Of a stretch of DNA of 64,000 nt, positions 62,702-64,000 are shown piece by piece. The position numbers and the translations under genes were made by a program. A model generated the notes under the pieces. That model was not told where the DNA came from. It searched no databases and saw only the letters and a list, made by a program, of their open reading frames with translations. Origin of the DNA: Podarcis bocagei (Eukaryota); NCBI GenBank assembly GCA_964188305.1, contig OZ076897.1; one strand, 5' to 3'. Within the stretch, counting starts at the first letter, position 1, and the number at the start of each line of letters is the position of its first letter.

Positions 62702-63982
62702 TGACTCTGGTGCCCCTGCCTGCCTGAGTGTCCGCACACACACAGTGCAACTATACATTGTGATATATCAATACATTGATATATCATGACGGAGGATGGA
62801 GCTATGTAGAGGCACTGGCTGGCTTTGCGGTCCCCGTCCCCCCCCCCCCCGGCATGGTGATTTTTGCTGGCGCCTGCTCTTGTGATTCACTGCACCCTGC
62901 AGGAAGCAGGGAAGAGTTGAGCCAGCAGAGTTAACAGAGGCTGCAGGAATCGAGAGAAGCATTGGCTGGCTTCACAGTTTTCCCCACATTGTGATTTTTG
63001 CATAGCACATCCACACACACCATGATTTGCAACATATTGCCAGGTCAAAAATTATGAAACTGATATCATGATATGGACTACAAACCAGTGTTGGATGATA
63101 TATCAATATATCTCCCAGCCCTATTTTGTCAACCTGTTTGCTAGGCTATGTTGGTTCCCCACCAGCTGCAAAGTAGAAACTGTGTCACTTTATTCAGAAT
63201 GGGGCTGGATTCATTACAACAAGTGGGCTGATGCCCTGTCAGAAAGCTGTCCACCACACACATGTGAGCCCAGGGCGTGCTGCAGCCCATCAGAAAAACC
63301 CGGGATGGAAACGAAATGTTAAGAGGCAGAGCCCTGAGGGAACTCACTTGGTTCAGTGCCTCACCATTTATTCCTATGGTCTCGTGGACCTGCTTGGAGA
63401 CAGCACCACGGCCCTTACACATTGTCAATTGTTAATATTGCACAAGCCCCAGTGTATAGGATGCTGAGCATTTAACATGTGTGTTGGAATTAATGAGGGT
63501 CTCAGGGAGCGCACTGCATGCTGCTGAAGATCTGCACACCATTTGGCTGGGAAGACATCAAAAGCTCCCTCTCTGTCAAAATGTAAGTATGGAAATAACG
63601 AATGGTAATTTATGTTAAGTAGCAGTTGGAGGTAAATATTCATATTGGAGGTGGTCTTAAGTTTTTCCCCTCATCCCTTTTACCTTGAAGCCAAATACCA
63701 CAAACCAGAAACCACCAACCAGCAGAGTCCCACAGTAACAAGATATTAATAGCCCATGGAAAAAATAACATAACCGTATATTATGCTGCTTGCTGCACCT
63801 AGCCAGTATGTTTTTAATGCCTGAACCGACTGACATGCAAGAAAAAGCAATTGAATAGAGTTTCTTGGAAGTACTGAAACGAATGGGTCCTGCTCCTAAG
63901 TAAGATGTACTTAGCACGGGGCTGCTACTGACATGTGCAAACCTCGGAACACTTCCAGTAGTTCTGAAGGTACTTTCAAGTA

Positions 63983-64000
63983 CAGTGGTACCTCAGGTTA
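63983..64000. mobile_element. Left TIR of another copy, cut by the window end
   Basis: TA followed by CAGTGGTACCTCAGGTTA. Confidence 0.8.

Overview
Vertebrate genomic DNA from a squamate, most likely a lacertid lizard (inferred from the Sauria and Squam3 SINE variants). The window lies inside HDAC9 (class IIa histone deacetylase) on the minus strand. Four coding exons were recovered with canonical splice sites and compatible phases: 38129-37952, 33385-33252, 19588-19468 and 17150-17101. The rest is intron carrying SINEs, LINE tails, hAT and Tc1/mariner MITEs, solo LTRs, microsatellites, one 148-N gap and several candidate enhancers. The most notable object is a very young 5,059-bp Tf1/sushi-type Ty3/Gypsy chromovirus at 22200-27258 (minus strand, 756-bp LTRs differing at 4 sites, ACATG TSD). 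It has five unusual properties. (1) Gag capsid and protease are deleted while RT-RH-IN is open. (2) It has a tRNA-independent self-priming fold whose PBS overlaps a splice-donor consensus. (3) Its chromodomain lacks the aromatic cage and is followed by an acidic tail with an LF-x8-FxGF motif resembling host LEDGF-IBD/TND-binding motifs. (4) A 185-249 aa acidic-then-basic ORF fills the U3 of both LTRs. (5) One LTR SNP creates the pol stop codon; without it pol would end in an ATGA overlap with that ORF. An older, dissimilar solo LTR at 36171-36617 shows the same U3 coding layout, suggesting a family-wide LTR-encoded accessory protein. All functional interpretations are inference and untested; comparisons with human proteins are from recall, not a database search.
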